From Herbinix sp. (GTDB lineage: Bacteria; Bacillota; Clostridia; Lachnospirales; Lachnospiraceae): a DNA stretch of 64,000 bases. This document shows, one piece after another, positions 47,951 to 58,764 of this stretch (position 1 is its first letter; every line of letters starts with the position of its first letter). The notes under the pieces were generated by a model, which searched no databases, had not been told where the DNA came from, and worked only from the letters and a program-made list of their open reading frames with translations. The position numbers and the translations under genes are program-made. The stretch lies in contig JAQZBN010000010.1 in the NCBI GenBank assembly GCA_029238935.1, forward strand, positions 12,342-76,341, read 5' to 3'.

Positions 47951-50900
47951 TTACTTCAATACAACCTTATAAGTCTTAATTTCATAAGGCTTAATTGCTA
48001 CCTTAAATCCATTTTCCGTTGTTTCTACAGCAGCGATATCTTCCTCTAAAAGATTACACTCTGTGATGGATTGAACTTCTTTTGAAAGACCAAGACGTAC
48101 AACCGCTTTCGTAGCTGCATTCTCACATTCAAACATACGAATGATTACGCCACTTCCGTCTTCTGCTTGTTTAATCGTCTCAATGATTACATTCTTCTTA
48201 TTCACTGATGCAAAGGAGAATTTTTCACCCGGTACACCACCATTTACAGCATAAGCAGGTTGATTCAATTTATAAGCTTCCAGTACAGTTTCACTGTAAC
48301 GCCAATCCTCAGCATGAGGATAAATTGCATAGGTGAAGAAATGTTCTTCCTGATCGGTAGTAGGATTTGGCTCAACGCCGGATTTAATCAAGGTTAATGC
48401 CATATTGGCATCTTTTACAGAATGACCGTATTTGCAATCATTTAATAAACTTACTCCGTAATGACCTTCGGATAAATCAATCCATTTTTGTCCGCAGCTT
48501 TCAAATCTAGCCTCGTCCCAGCTGGTATTCGTATGAACCTTTCTGGTTACATTACCAAATTGAACATCAAAGGTAGCTTCGTCGGAATGAATATCTACCG
48601 GGAAATGAACCTTTAACAGATGCTGATGCTCTTTCCAATCCACATAGGTATTAAACTCAATTCTTCTGCTGTCTGCATAGAAATAGATCTTCTGCTTAAT
48701 TAAGGAATTACTGATCTTACGATCGATCTCTAAGGTTGCACGAACTGCTCCGACTTCTATCCATTCCATACGGGTAACATCAAGTACATCCCAGAATTTT
48801 TCTGTATGATAGATATCAATATCCCAATTATCGTAATAAATCGGTTTATCCTCATACATACGAAGTAAATTAGCTTGTTTGCCGCTCTGAACCACTTCTC
48901 TTTCATTTTCTTTATCAAAGATGGAGGTAAAGGTACCTTGTTCATCGATGGTTATCTTATAAAAAGGTGTTTCTAAGTTATTTCCTACTAAAGTAAATGG
49001 AGTTTCTGCGTTAGTCTCAACAACCTCAAAGGTCTTGCTACCCTTTGCAGGAATTCCCTTTAAGTAAACTACAGCACCATCTTTGGTCTGCTGAACGGGA
49101 TAGAAATTGCCTTCTTCATCCTTTAATCCAGCAGCACTGCATTCACAAAGATGAACGATGTCATCACGATCAAAGCCTAAGGTATTATAAACAGTTACGC
49201 CATTACCGCTTGCTGTTAAAGCCTTCAGACGCTCTGCAATTAACTTTGTTGCCTTCTCTGTTAATTCTGCGTACTCTTCTTTGGTAATATCATATACCTT
49301 CTTAATGGAAGAACCAGGAAGGATATCGTGGAACTGGTTAATTAATACGGTTTTCCACATTTGATCCAGTTCTTCTGCAGGGTAATTTAATTTAGCCGCT
49401 GCAAGTACTGCTAGAAGTTCCAGATCCATAAGCATAAATTCGCTCTTTCTATTGGAACGCTTATTTCTTGCCATAGAAGTATAAGTTCCTCTATGATATT
49501 CAAAATAAAGCTCACCTTCCCAAACAGATAGTCTCTTATGATCCTTTACTCTTTCCTCTAATTCCTTAAAGAAGGTACCTGAAAACTCTTGACGAACCTT
49601 CGGAATTCCCTTAACACCTTTTTCCATACGAATGGAGTTTTCCAGCATCTCTCTGGTAGGACCGCCACCACCGTCTCCATAACCATAGGAAATTAAGATA
49701 TCATTATTGATTTCTTTATCCTGATAACGGATCCAACCGCCCATGATGGAATCTGGATGAAGCATACCATTATAGGTAGTAAAGAAATCTTCTTTGCTCT
49801 GTCCAACACCAAGGGTAGTGATTAAGTGTGTTAAAACCTTAGATCCGTCAATACCCTTCCATTCAAAGGTATCATGGGGAATTTTATTAAACTGGTTCCA
49901 AGCCAGCTTGGTTGTCATAAAGTAGTCAATTCCACTCTTCTTCATAATCTGAGGGAGTGCTCCGGAATAACCGAATACATCAGGAAGCCATAATATCTTA
50001 TTATCTATACCGAATTCGTCTTTGAAGAATTTCTTGCCATGCATAAATTGACGAACCAAAGACTCACCGGAGGTAAGGTTACAATCTGCCTCAACCCACA
50101 TACCACCTTCTGGTTCCCAACGACCTTCCTTCACTCTTTCCTTCAGTCTTGCATACAGCTCCGGATATCTCTCTTTAAGGAAATCGTAAAGCTGTGGTTG
50201 GCTGGACATGAACTTATAATTCGGATATTCATCCATTAATTTGAGAACAGTAGCAAAGCTTCTGCCAACCTTTTCACGGGTTTGTTCTACTGTCCACCAC
50301 CAAGCAACATCAATATGAGTATGACCGATACAGGTAGCAATGATATCCTCATAGCCAGCCATATCTTCATACAAAGCTTTCTGTAAATACTGATCCGCTG
50401 CTTCTAAAGAAGCATAGAAAGCCTCTGAATAAGGGGTTCTTAAATCAAGTAAATTAATGGTATCATTAAGAACTGCTTCGATTTCTCTTCTAGCCTTATC
50501 ATCCTTTTCCATTCGGGAAAATGCACTTAAAGGAACATAGAGATCATAGTAAAGCTTCTCGATCTTTGGATCAATTTCTAGCATTTCAACAATTAAATTA
50601 AATTCAGAATGTAGTGTTCCGGTATAAGACTGAAGATCCAGTTCATAGGTCTGACCTTCTGCTGCTGATTTCGTAAGTAACACCTTTCTGTGATTCATGT
50701 CGATACCCTGGGTAGCAACCTGATCAACAAAAAGTAAAAATTGAGGATTTTTTCCATCATCCCATTCCTCAATTTGTGTCTTAACATTCATCCACATACT
50801 CTTTCCCTGTAAGGAAGCGGGTACGGTGAATTTTGTACGGAACCAGTAATGTTCATCTGGTCCATACCAGTGCATGGTCTTACTGTCAAAGCTGTTCCAT

Positions 50901-51043
50901 TCTTCGGTTGCCTGATTGACATCCTCCGGATGAATGTAATTGCCTTTTTTGAACGTCCAGTCTTCCACAGGTATGGATTGAACGATGGCTAATTTCTTTA
51001 ATTCATCGCAGATAACTCTAACTCTTTTATCTAAAAAATACAT
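47951..51043 (-). CDS. GH38 alpha-mannosidase
   Basis: GHTHIDVAWWW, WLPDVFGY, GYGDGGGGP and NQFHDILPGSSI motifs. Confidence 0.95.
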   Translation of the reverse strand: MYFLDKRVRVICDELKKLAIVQSIPVEDWTFKKGNYIHPEDVNQATEEWNSFDSKTMHWYGPDEHYWFRTKFTVPASLQGKSMWMNVKTQIEEWDDGKNPQFLLFVDQVATQGIDMNHRKVLLTKSAAEGQTYELDLQSYTGTLHSEFNLIVEMLEIDPKIEKLYYDLYVPLSAFSRMEKDDKARREIEAVLNDTINLLDLRTPYSEAFYASLEAADQYLQKALYEDMAGYEDIIATCIGHTHIDVAWWWTVEQTREKVGRSFATVLKLMDEYPNYKFMSSQPQLYDFLKERYPELYARLKERVKEGRWEPEGGMWVEADCNLTSGESLVRQFMHGKKFFKDEFGIDNKILWLPDVFGYSGALPQIMKKSGIDYFMTTKLAWNQFNKIPHDTFEWKGIDGSKVLTHLITTLGVGQSKEDFFTTYNGMLHPDSIMGGWIRYQDKEINNDILISYGYGDGGGGPTREMLENSIRMEKGVKGIPKVRQEFSGTFFKELEERVKDHKRLSVWEGELYFEYHRGTYTSMARNKRSNRKSEFMLMDLELLAVLAAAKLNYPAEELDQMWKTVLINQFHDILPGSSIKKVYDITKEEYAELTEKATKLIAERLKALTASGNGVTVYNTLGFDRDDIVHLCECSAAGLKDEEGNFYPVQQTKDGAVVYLKGIPAKGSKTFEVVETNAETPFTLVGNNLETPFYKITIDEQGTFTSIFDKENEREVVQSGKQANLLRMYEDKPIYYDNWDIDIYHTEKFWDVLDVTRMEWIEVGAVRATLEIDRKISNSLIKQKIYFYADSRRIEFNTYVDWKEHQHLLKVHFPVDIHSDEATFDVQFGNVTRKVHTNTSWDEARFESCGQKWIDLSEGHYGVSLLNDCKYGHSVKDANMALTLIKSGVEPNPTTDQEEHFFTYAIYPHAEDWRYSETVLEAYKLNQPAYAVNGGVPGEKFSFASVNKKNVIIETIKQAEDGSGVIIRMFECENAATKAVVRLGLSKEVQSITECNLLEEDIAAVETTENGFKVAIKPYEIKTYKVVLK

Positions 51044-51229
51044 ACAGTTCCTCCAGGTAAAAATGTTTTCTGATCATGCTTATTCTATATAATCCTGGTA
51101 TTTAGAGAAAGCATCCTCTATAAGCCGGATATATGATACTTCGTTCTTTATATGAAAATAGCATTCTCTTTTGTATACGGTTGATCGGCAGTCTTGTCTA
51201 TCAAAGAAAAACTTCTGTAATCTACTTAA

Positions 51230-52216
51230 TTAAAAAGTATTCTCTTTCGTATACTTAACCAGTTCATCTACAGTCGTAAATGCAAGACCGGTTACAGTAT
51301 CTGCACATCCGTAGTAAATAGCGATTCTTCCGGTATCTGCATCTGTTAAGGTTGCACATGGGAAAACTACGTTAGGTACATCTCCGACACATTCATAGTA
51401 TTCATATGGTGCCAAGATATAATTCTTGGAACGATATTTTACTTTCCAAGGCTGATCTTTATCAAGAATTGCACAGCCCATACGGTATACAAATCCGTTG
51501 CAGGTTGTGATTACACCATGATAAATTAACAACCATCCCTCATCGGTTTCGATCGGTACCGGACCTGGGCCAACTTTAGTCGATTGCCATGCAGACTCAT
51601 CACCCTTACAGGTAGTCATAACATGTCTGTGATGTCCCCAATATTCCATGTCATCACTCTGGCTGTAGAAGATATCACCAAATGGTGTATGACTGGTATC
51701 ACTCGGTCTGCTTAACATAGCATACTTACCGTTAATTTTACGAGGAAATAAAACACCATTACGATTGTAGGGTAAAAATGCATTCTCTACCTGATAGAAG
51801 GTTTCAAAATCAAAGGTATAAGCTACGCCAATCGTAGGTCCATGATATCCGTTACACCATGTTATATAGTATCTATCTTCAATGAAGCACACTCTTGGAT
51901 CATAGCGGTATTCTCTTTTGATAACCTCTTCGTCCCCAAGAAAAGTAATCGGAGTTTCATTTATATTCCAATTTAAACCATCCTTACTAAAACCTGCAAA
52001 GATGTCCATACTTACTGACTTACTATCACAACGAAAAACACCTGCATAACCATCTTTAAATGGTATCACTGCACTATTAAAAATACTGTTCGAGCTTGGA
52101 ATTGCATCTCTTTGAATAATCGGATTATTCGTATAACGCCATACAGGCATCTTATAACCTTCAGGCTTTTCTTGCCAAGGCATATTCGGTAAAGAGTTCC
52201 CTATTATTTTACTCAT
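51230..52216 (-). CDS. GH130 beta-mannoside phosphorylase (Man-beta-1,4-GlcNAc phosphorylase-like)
   Basis: [33 protein letters not shown] and GDVPNVVFP motifs, closely resembling the GH130_2 enzymes BT1033/UhgbMP as I recall them. Confidence 0.9.
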   Translation of the reverse strand: MSKIIGNSLPNMPWQEKPEGYKMPVWRYTNNPIIQRDAIPSSNSIFNSAVIPFKDGYAGVFRCDSKSVSMDIFAGFSKDGLNWNINETPITFLGDEEVIKREYRYDPRVCFIEDRYYITWCNGYHGPTIGVAYTFDFETFYQVENAFLPYNRNGVLFPRKINGKYAMLSRPSDTSHTPFGDIFYSQSDDMEYWGHHRHVMTTCKGDESAWQSTKVGPGPVPIETDEGWLLIYHGVITTCNGFVYRMGCAILDKDQPWKVKYRSKNYILAPYEYYECVGDVPNVVFPCATLTDADTGRIAIYYGCADTVTGLAFTTVDELVKYTKENTF

Positions 52217-52241
52217 TATGTAGCCTCCTTAAGTCTTAAAG

Positions 52242-52312
52242 TATTATAGGGAATCATTATGATTCCCTATAATATTTCCACAATTGTATGTAATGATTTT
52301 GCATACAATTGT
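52242..52312 (-). terminator. Double stem-loop after the sugar-binding protein gene (terminator or mRNA stabiliser)
   Basis: TATTATAGGGAATCA-TTA-TGATTCCCTATAATA followed by ACAATTGTATG...CATACAATTGT. Confidence 0.6.
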
Positions 52313-52334
52313 AATCATTATTTGTTTATTTTAC

Positions 52335-53837
52335 TTATTTGTACATTGCATCTACTTGAGCCTGAGCTTCAGTTAAGATTGTCTGGAAACCAGCTGCATC
52401 AAGTTCTGCTTTCATAGTTTTTACTAATTCTCTAGGCTCTTTAGCACCAGTTAATAATTCGCTTCTGTATTTCTCGTATACCGCACGGCAGTTAGCAAGT
52501 TCAGTTTCAACATTTGTTGTATTTAATGAGAAACCAAGTAATACGGAAGGTTTAGCATTTGCATTTAACTCTTTAACTTCATCCCATTGATTGAAATCAG
52601 TATCAGCTAATTTAGAGATGTTGAAGAAAGTACCCTGTGTATAACCAGCCATGGTCCAATCGCTGTTTAACTTAACGATTTCACCATTTTCATTGTATTC
52701 GAAGTTTTCACCTTCAAGACCATAATAGAAAGCATCTCTTACTTTAGAATCTAAGTTAACTAACTGTAAGAATTCAAGGCACTTCTCAGGATATTTAGAA
52801 CCAGCATAAATTGCATTTAAGGAACCACGAACAGTATCGTTAGATACGATAGTATCGCCAGTTTGTGTTGCTACAGCTTCAACGCCCATGCCAGGACCCC
52901 AAGTTGTGATAGCTGCACCGGACCAGCCCTGTGCTGTATAAGCCATACGGTAGCTAGGAGCTTCTGCTAAAGTAGGAGCATCTGCATTGATAACGCCGTC
53001 TTTATACCAGGAATGTAAAACATCTAACTGAGAAAGAACGTCTTCTTGTTCAAATACGCTTACTACAGTACGTGTATCATCATTGTACTTAACACCAAGT
53101 GCAGGAAGACCAGCACCCATCTGATCATAGGTAGAGAATACCATATCAGAACCACCCATTGACATAACGAATGGAGCAGTACCTTCACCGTCTTTAATTT
53201 CTTTCATCTTATCTTTTAAGGTAGCAAAAGTATTCATAGTAGCATGATCAACACCATACTTATCTGCAATCGCTTTATCCCATACAAAATACTGAGTAGC
53301 TGAACTATCCTTGTAAGTGGGTACGGAATAGATTTTTCCTTCTACAGAAACTGCCTGCCAGTAATCTTCAGGAATATAGCTGTATAAATCAGAAGCAGAA
53401 GTTTTAACAAGATCAGTGATATCTAAGAAAGCACCTAATTTAGAAGCTGCTGTGTACTTAGAACCATCGGTGAATAAAATATCAAAATATTCGCCAGAGT
53501 TAACGATAACGTTTCTTCTGTTATCCCAGTCACCCCAAGATACGATTTCCATATCAATGTTTACGCCGATTTTTTCAGCTAAGTATTCATTGATTTTTGC
53601 CTGCCAAGCATCATAATTCGTTGGCATACCACTACCAACGGTGATCCATTTTAAGGTTACAATTTCATCTGTTGCAGCAGGAGTCTCTGTATCTGTGTTT
53701 GTATCATCTGCTGGGGTTTCAGTCTGTGGAGTCTCTGTTGCAGGATCCTTTGTATCCCCACCCTTGGAACAGCCTGTAAATGATGCTGCTAGCATAGTGC
53801 ATGCAGCAAGTAATGCTACTGCCTTTTTAAGTTTCAT
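52335..53837 (-). CDS. Carbohydrate ABC transporter substrate-binding lipoprotein
   Basis: Lipobox FTGC, Thr/Pro/Asp-rich linker, GEYFDI and GKIYSVP motifs, C-terminal YYGLEGENF region. Confidence 0.9.
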   Translation of the reverse strand: MKLKKAVALLAACTMLAASFTGCSKGGDTKDPATETPQTETPADDTNTDTETPAATDEIVTLKWITVGSGMPTNYDAWQAKINEYLAEKIGVNIDMEIVSWGDWDNRRNVIVNSGEYFDILFTDGSKYTAASKLGAFLDITDLVKTSASDLYSYIPEDYWQAVSVEGKIYSVPTYKDSSATQYFVWDKAIADKYGVDHATMNTFATLKDKMKEIKDGEGTAPFVMSMGGSDMVFSTYDQMGAGLPALGVKYNDDTRTVVSVFEQEDVLSQLDVLHSWYKDGVINADAPTLAEAPSYRMAYTAQGWSGAAITTWGPGMGVEAVATQTGDTIVSNDTVRGSLNAIYAGSKYPEKCLEFLQLVNLDSKVRDAFYYGLEGENFEYNENGEIVKLNSDWTMAGYTQGTFFNISKLADTDFNQWDEVKELNANAKPSVLLGFSLNTTNVETELANCRAVYEKYRSELLTGAKEPRELVKTMKAELDAAGFQTILTEAQAQVDAMYK

Positions 53838-53945
53838 AATTCATCCTCCTTTAAAATAAACACTAATAAATATTATATAGACTTTCCGAATGAAATCTTT
53901 ACTCAGGCCTTTAAGTATTGATCTCATCCAGAAAGAAATATATCA

Positions 53946-54869
53946 TTAACCCTTGATTGCTCCGATGGTTAGACCGGAAATGAAATATTTCTGGAAGAAG
54001 GGATATGCGCATGCAATTGGTAATACGATTACAATTGCGATAGCCATTCTGGCACCTTCCTGAGGCATTAAATTCTTATACTGTTGAAGTGATAATCCTG
54101 CGGTAGGATTACTTGCTAAATATTGAATATTCTTTTGAATATTATTCAGCAACGCCTGTAAGGAAATAAGGTTTGCATTGTTAATGTACAAAGAAGATTG
54201 GAACCAATCATTCCAATAACTAAAGCATAAGAATAAGCTAATCGTTGCAATAACTGGTTTGGAAATTGGAAGTACAATTCTAGCAAATATACTAAGTTGT
54301 GCTGCACCGTCGATCTTAGCAGATTCTACAATAGAATCCGGAATTGTTGTTCTAAAGAATGTCTTACAAATGATTACATTGAAGGATGAAACAGCCAGAG
54401 GCAGGATTAATGCCCATACGCTATTTTTTAATCCTAATAAGTTAGTATTAACTACATAAGATGCAATCATACCACCGTTAAAAATCATTGGAATAAAAAC
54501 GATCCAAGTAAGAAAACCATTCAACTTATAACCCGGTCTAGATAAAACATATCCCATCGTTGTAGTCAATGCAACGCCCAATAAAGTACCGCCACCGGTT
54601 ACTCCCACCGAAACAAGTAAAGCTTTCAGTATCGTTTCTTTCTCTCTCCATAAGAAGAGATAGGATTCCATAGAAAATTCTTTCGGTATCATCTGATATC
54701 CAAACTTTGTTAGAGATGCCTCTGATGATATTGATATCATGAATACAAATATTACAGGAATTATACAAACCAAAGCAAGTACTATAAATATTACATTAAA
54801 TATTGTATTTGAAGTTTTTCCAATTCTATTTAATTTATTATTATCTTCTGCTTCTTTTATCTTTTTCAT
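53946..54869 (-). CDS. Carbohydrate ABC transporter permease (MalG-type)
   Basis: FNGGMIASY, IPDSIVESAKIDGA (EAA loop), YPFFQKYF. Confidence 0.92.
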   Translation of the reverse strand: MKKIKEAEDNNKLNRIGKTSNTIFNVIFIVLALVCIIPVIFVFMISISSEASLTKFGYQMIPKEFSMESYLFLWREKETILKALLVSVGVTGGGTLLGVALTTTMGYVLSRPGYKLNGFLTWIVFIPMIFNGGMIASYVVNTNLLGLKNSVWALILPLAVSSFNVIICKTFFRTTIPDSIVESAKIDGAAQLSIFARIVLPISKPVIATISLFLCFSYWNDWFQSSLYINNANLISLQALLNNIQKNIQYLASNPTAGLSLQQYKNLMPQEGARMAIAIVIVLPIACAYPFFQKYFISGLTIGAIKG

Positions 54870-54890
54870 ATTTATCACCCTCACTACTTC

Positions 54891-55862
54891 TTATATAATT
54901 GCACTTTCGTTGTCAATTTTCTTAACAATCCAGTTCGCGATTAAAATTGTAATACAACATGCGACGGATTGGAAAAAGGTTGCTGCTGCTGTCATTCCTA
55001 CAGGTGTCGATGCCAATAATGCAGTATATACGTAAGTATCCAGAGTGGATGCCACATTATATAAGGAACCCGTGATACCTCTCGGGATCTGATAGAACAA
55101 ACCGAAATCGGAATAGAATATTCTACCAACACTTAAGATGAACATCATGATTACAATAGTTTTAAGACTAGGAATAGTAATGAACTTAACTTGCTGCCAT
55201 TTGGTAGCTCCATCAATAACCGCTGCCTCATACAGGGTACCGTCGATACCCGTAATACTTGCAAGATAAACAACCATGCTATAACCAACCGTCTTCCATA
55301 CTTGCATAAATACAAAGATAAACGGCCAGTACTTCGCTTCCATATACCATTGAACCGTTTCATGTCCCATTGACTTTAATATGTTGTTGATCACACCCTT
55401 GTCTATGCTTAGGAATGCAAATACAAAATAACTAACAACTACCCATGACATAAAGTGAGGGAAAAACATCATTGTTTGATATACCTTGGATTTTTTCTTG
55501 CTATGGATCAAACTAATCATGATAGCCAGTGTTACTGGAATTAGAATTCCCAGTACAATAAAAATCAAATTATATCCGATGGTATTTCTTAATAGAATAA
55601 ACAGGTCTTTTGATTTTACCATGAATTTAAAATTATTAAATCCCGCCCATTCACTATGAAGCAGATTATAAATAAAATTATGCCCTGGGAAAATTTTATA
55701 ATTCTTAAATGCGATAATAATACCAAACATCGGAAGAAAGCTAAATAGTATGTACCATATCGTCGTTGGCAGGGCAAGTAGAGTTAATTCTGTATCATCT
55801 CTTCTCCACCGCTTTTTCCTTTTCGTATTTTTAACATTTTCAGGTTTTTTAACTTTGTTCAC
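54891..55862 (-). CDS. Carbohydrate ABC transporter permease (MalF/LplB-type)
   Basis: FPHFMSWVV and LYEAAVIDGA (EAA loop); GTG start behind GGAGG. Confidence 0.92.
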   Translation of the reverse strand: MNKVKKPENVKNTKRKKRWRRDDTELTLLALPTTIWYILFSFLPMFGIIIAFKNYKIFPGHNFIYNLLHSEWAGFNNFKFMVKSKDLFILLRNTIGYNLIFIVLGILIPVTLAIMISLIHSKKKSKVYQTMMFFPHFMSWVVVSYFVFAFLSIDKGVINNILKSMGHETVQWYMEAKYWPFIFVFMQVWKTVGYSMVVYLASITGIDGTLYEAAVIDGATKWQQVKFITIPSLKTIVIMMFILSVGRIFYSDFGLFYQIPRGITGSLYNVASTLDTYVYTALLASTPVGMTAAATFFQSVACCITILIANWIVKKIDNESAII

Positions 55863-55910
55863 ACTTATTACCTCCGGTTCTGTATTATGCCTTTGTTTCT
55901 GTACAAATGT

Positions 55911-55939
55911 ATATTAACATACTTTACAGAGCTTTTCAA
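55911..55939 (-). promoter_or_regulatory. Sigma-A promoter of the glycan utilisation operon
   Basis: TTGAAA (55939-55934), 17 bp, TG-n-TAATAT (55916-55911). Confidence 0.55.
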
Positions 55940-56282
55940 TATATTTTTAATATTTTTATCAAATAATTTTACAATACGCTTTAACATTATAATTTTGCTT
56001 TGATTTTATTGCATATATTGCAGTATACAAACCTATTTCTTTTATATAAATTAAACAATTACTATACTTTCCAAGTGAAAAAATCTTCCTTTTTAACTTT
56101 TACAACTTTTAACATACTTTTAACATGTTTTTGTTAAATATTAAGTTAAAAATGTTGTAAATATTTATTGTTATTTGTTAAAGGCTATGTTATAATCAGT
56201 TAAAAGAAACTCACACTCTCTATGTGGAGGAACGAAAAACCTAAGGGGAAGATAAATTTATGAAGAGAGGTAAACGTATAAT

Positions 56283-57332
56283 ATGAAGAAAACGACTATG
56301 CAGGATGTTGCAGATGCCTTGAATATATCCAGAGTCACTGTATGGAAAGTTCTAAACAATCAACCTGGCGTATCTGATGTCCTTTGCAATCAAATATTAA
56401 GTAAAGCAAGAGAAATGGGATATTTCAAGCAGGGACAACAAAATAAATTAACACCTGCTTCTAATCCTATAGTAACCGAAGTACAAGAAGTAGGCCAGAT
56501 GACGGTATCCGTGGTAGTATCCCGTCCGGAATCTTCGGTCTTCTGGATGAATATTATTCATCAAATAGCAAAAGAACTTGATAAATCAAATGTTAACATG
56601 ATGTATACCTACCTACCGTCAAAGATGAGTGCGGGGTATACGCTACCAGCTGTTTTAACCAATGGTTCCATTCAAGGCATGGTGGTTTTAAATGTTTATG
56701 ACAATGAATTGTTAAGTGCGTTAAACAGTTTAAAAGTTCCAAAGATCTTTCTTGATATGGTTTCTTCTATCTCATTCGATACTCTGACAGGTGATTTATT
56801 CTTACTAGAAGGAAAAACAAGTATTTGCAAAATCACAAACGAGATTATCCGCAGAGGACGTACTGAGATTGGTTTTATCGGTGATACTGAGTATGCAAGA
56901 ACGAACCGCGATCGTTATGAAGGATTTTTGGAAGCCATGGAACAAAATAGTTTAAAGGTAAATCCGGAGATTTGTCTTACCGGAAACATCGGAATTTATA
57001 CTTATCGCGAAGAAATTCACAGCTTCCTTGCTAATTTAAAGAAGTTACCTCAGGCATTTGTTTGCGTTAGTGATTATGTTGCCCATTTTCTTCTACAATA
57101 TTTAAACGATAATAATATTCGTGTTCCCGAGGATATCGCAGTTTCCGGATATGACGGCAGTACAGAATATCCTTTAGTTGCTGATCGATTAACAACGGTA
57201 CAGGTACAAACCCGTTCTCTAGGAACGAGACTGGCAAAACAACTGCTCTATCGCATTGCTTATCCTAATACTTCCAGTGAAATTACCTATATTAATAATA
57301 ATATTATATATGGTGAATCTACAAATTTCTAA
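56283..57332 (+). CDS. LacI family transcriptional regulator
   Basis: TMQDVADALNISRVTVWKVLN HTH; RVPEDIAVSGYD; divergent from the glycan operon. Confidence 0.93.
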   Translation: MKKTTMQDVADALNISRVTVWKVLNNQPGVSDVLCNQILSKAREMGYFKQGQQNKLTPASNPIVTEVQEVGQMTVSVVVSRPESSVFWMNIIHQIAKELDKSNVNMMYTYLPSKMSAGYTLPAVLTNGSIQGMVVLNVYDNELLSALNSLKVPKIFLDMVSSISFDTLTGDLFLLEGKTSICKITNEIIRRGRTEIGFIGDTEYARTNRDRYEGFLEAMEQNSLKVNPEICLTGNIGIYTYREEIHSFLANLKKLPQAFVCVSDYVAHFLLQYLNDNNIRVPEDIAVSGYDGSTEYPLVADRLTTVQVQTRSLGTRLAKQLLYRIAYPNTSSEITYINNNIIYGESTNF

Positions 57333-57406
57333 GATGAAGTTAACAAAGTAAGCTATTCGTTATTACTATACTAATGCTAACAACCATTCATTTGTATAAA
57401 ATCCCC

Positions 57407-57456
57407 AATAAAAAACGGATTTGACTTTACATTATAGTCTTATCCGTTTTTTTATT
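57407..57456. terminator. Bidirectional intrinsic terminator
   Basis: AAAAAACGGAT...ATCCGTTTTTTT between the convergent lacI and GNAT genes. Confidence 0.75.
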
Positions 57457-57535
57457 ATATAATCATGTTTCATTCGAGAAATTCAAAATGTTGCTGGCAT
57501 TTATCAAATTAATACGATGATAAATAACTTTTTAT

Positions 57536-58033
57536 CTAATTAACACCTACCACTTTACTTCTTCTCTCCATCAAGACAGTATTATGCCATATGCCTTCTT
57601 GATCACATCCAACCTTCTCACGGTAACCGACCATACGAAAACCGCATTTTATATGAAGCGCAATACTCGATTCATTGATTTCAAAGATTCCTGATTGCAA
57701 AGTCCATATGCCCATTTCCTCGGAACAATTAATCACAGCTTCGAGCAGCGAAGTTCCTACATTCATCCCTCGACTATCTTCTGCTATGTAGATACTCACT
57801 TCTGCTACTCCGCGGTATACACAACGGGAACTGGTTGGAGATAACGCTACCCATCCTGTAATCTTACCGTTCTCATCAATTGAAACAAGTCTTCCTACTT
57901 TCAAATGAGATTTATCCCAATCTGCATAACTAGGTGTTTCGGATTGAAAGGTTGCTCTTTTTGTTCGAATTCCTTGCATATATATATCAGAAACCTGTTC
58001 CCAATCTTCCTGTTTCATTTCTCTAATACGCAT
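57536..58033 (-). CDS. GNAT N-acetyltransferase (phosphinothricin acetyltransferase/YncA-like)
   Basis: IYMQGI...ATF, YRGVAEVSIY, RGMNVG and N..SIALH..CGFR.VG motifs. Confidence 0.88.
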   Translation of the reverse strand: MRIREMKQEDWEQVSDIYMQGIRTKRATFQSETPSYADWDKSHLKVGRLVSIDENGKITGWVALSPTSSRCVYRGVAEVSIYIAEDSRGMNVGTSLLEAVINCSEEMGIWTLQSGIFEINESSIALHIKCGFRMVGYREKVGCDQEGIWHNTVLMERRSKVVGVN

Positions 58034-58151
58034 ATGTACCTCCTGTTCTTATATTCATAAGAATAACCTTTATCTATCAATATAATCAATTCATTATTTA
58101 TGATTTATTTTATCATATTATTGACATAACAAACACTCTAAAAGTAAAAAA

Positions 58152-58183
58152 CCTTAAAGTAAGACAGTAGTCTTACTTTAAGG
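58152..58183 (-). terminator. Terminator hairpin
   Basis: CCTTAAAGTAAGAC-AGTA-GTCTTACTTTAAGG with a minus-strand T tract. Confidence 0.75.
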
Positions 58184-58291
58184 ATCTATTCATTATAAGA
58201 AACTCTCCAGAGATAAATGGATGCCACAAATCCATAGGGAGAATAGCGCATACGATAGGTATGAAATTGGCCCTTTGAAAGTTCAGTTAAA

Positions 58292-58519
58292 TTATCCTTT
58301 CATCTGGTTCATAAAGTATTCTTCTAAAAGTTCTTGTATCTTAGGCGTGCAGCGTCTTCCACCACATGGCCCGCTTCCTGCTCCGGTAGCTTGTTGCACC
58401 TCCGATAAGGTTAGCGCACCTTCCCGTATCACCCTTTTCATCGTTGCTCTTGATATTCCTTTGCAAATACATACTTTTGTCATTTTATCTAATATTTCTG
58501 AATTAACATCTTGTTCCAT
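58292..58519 (-). CDS. BFD-like [2Fe-2S]-binding protein
   Basis: VCICKGI...TGAGSGPCGGRRC. Confidence 0.85.
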   Translation of the reverse strand: MEQDVNSEILDKMTKVCICKGISRATMKRVIREGALTLSEVQQATGAGSGPCGGRRCTPKIQELLEEYFMNQMKG

Positions 58520-58764
58520 ACTTCCTCTTTTCCATCTTGTTACTTATAAGATATTTTTGCAATTGATTGTTTTATATAAGTTTACATAGTTTTAATACAA
58601 AGTACAAGTATTTCCATTTGAATTTATCTTACATTATAAACTCTATTTTAATACTTATTCTGCGATATACTAATTTCGCATTCAAATTTATATTTATAAT
58701 CAAGTTCTATGTTAAATCTACCTCTTGCCTTTTCGTATCTGGTTTCTCCCACTCCATGATAGAT

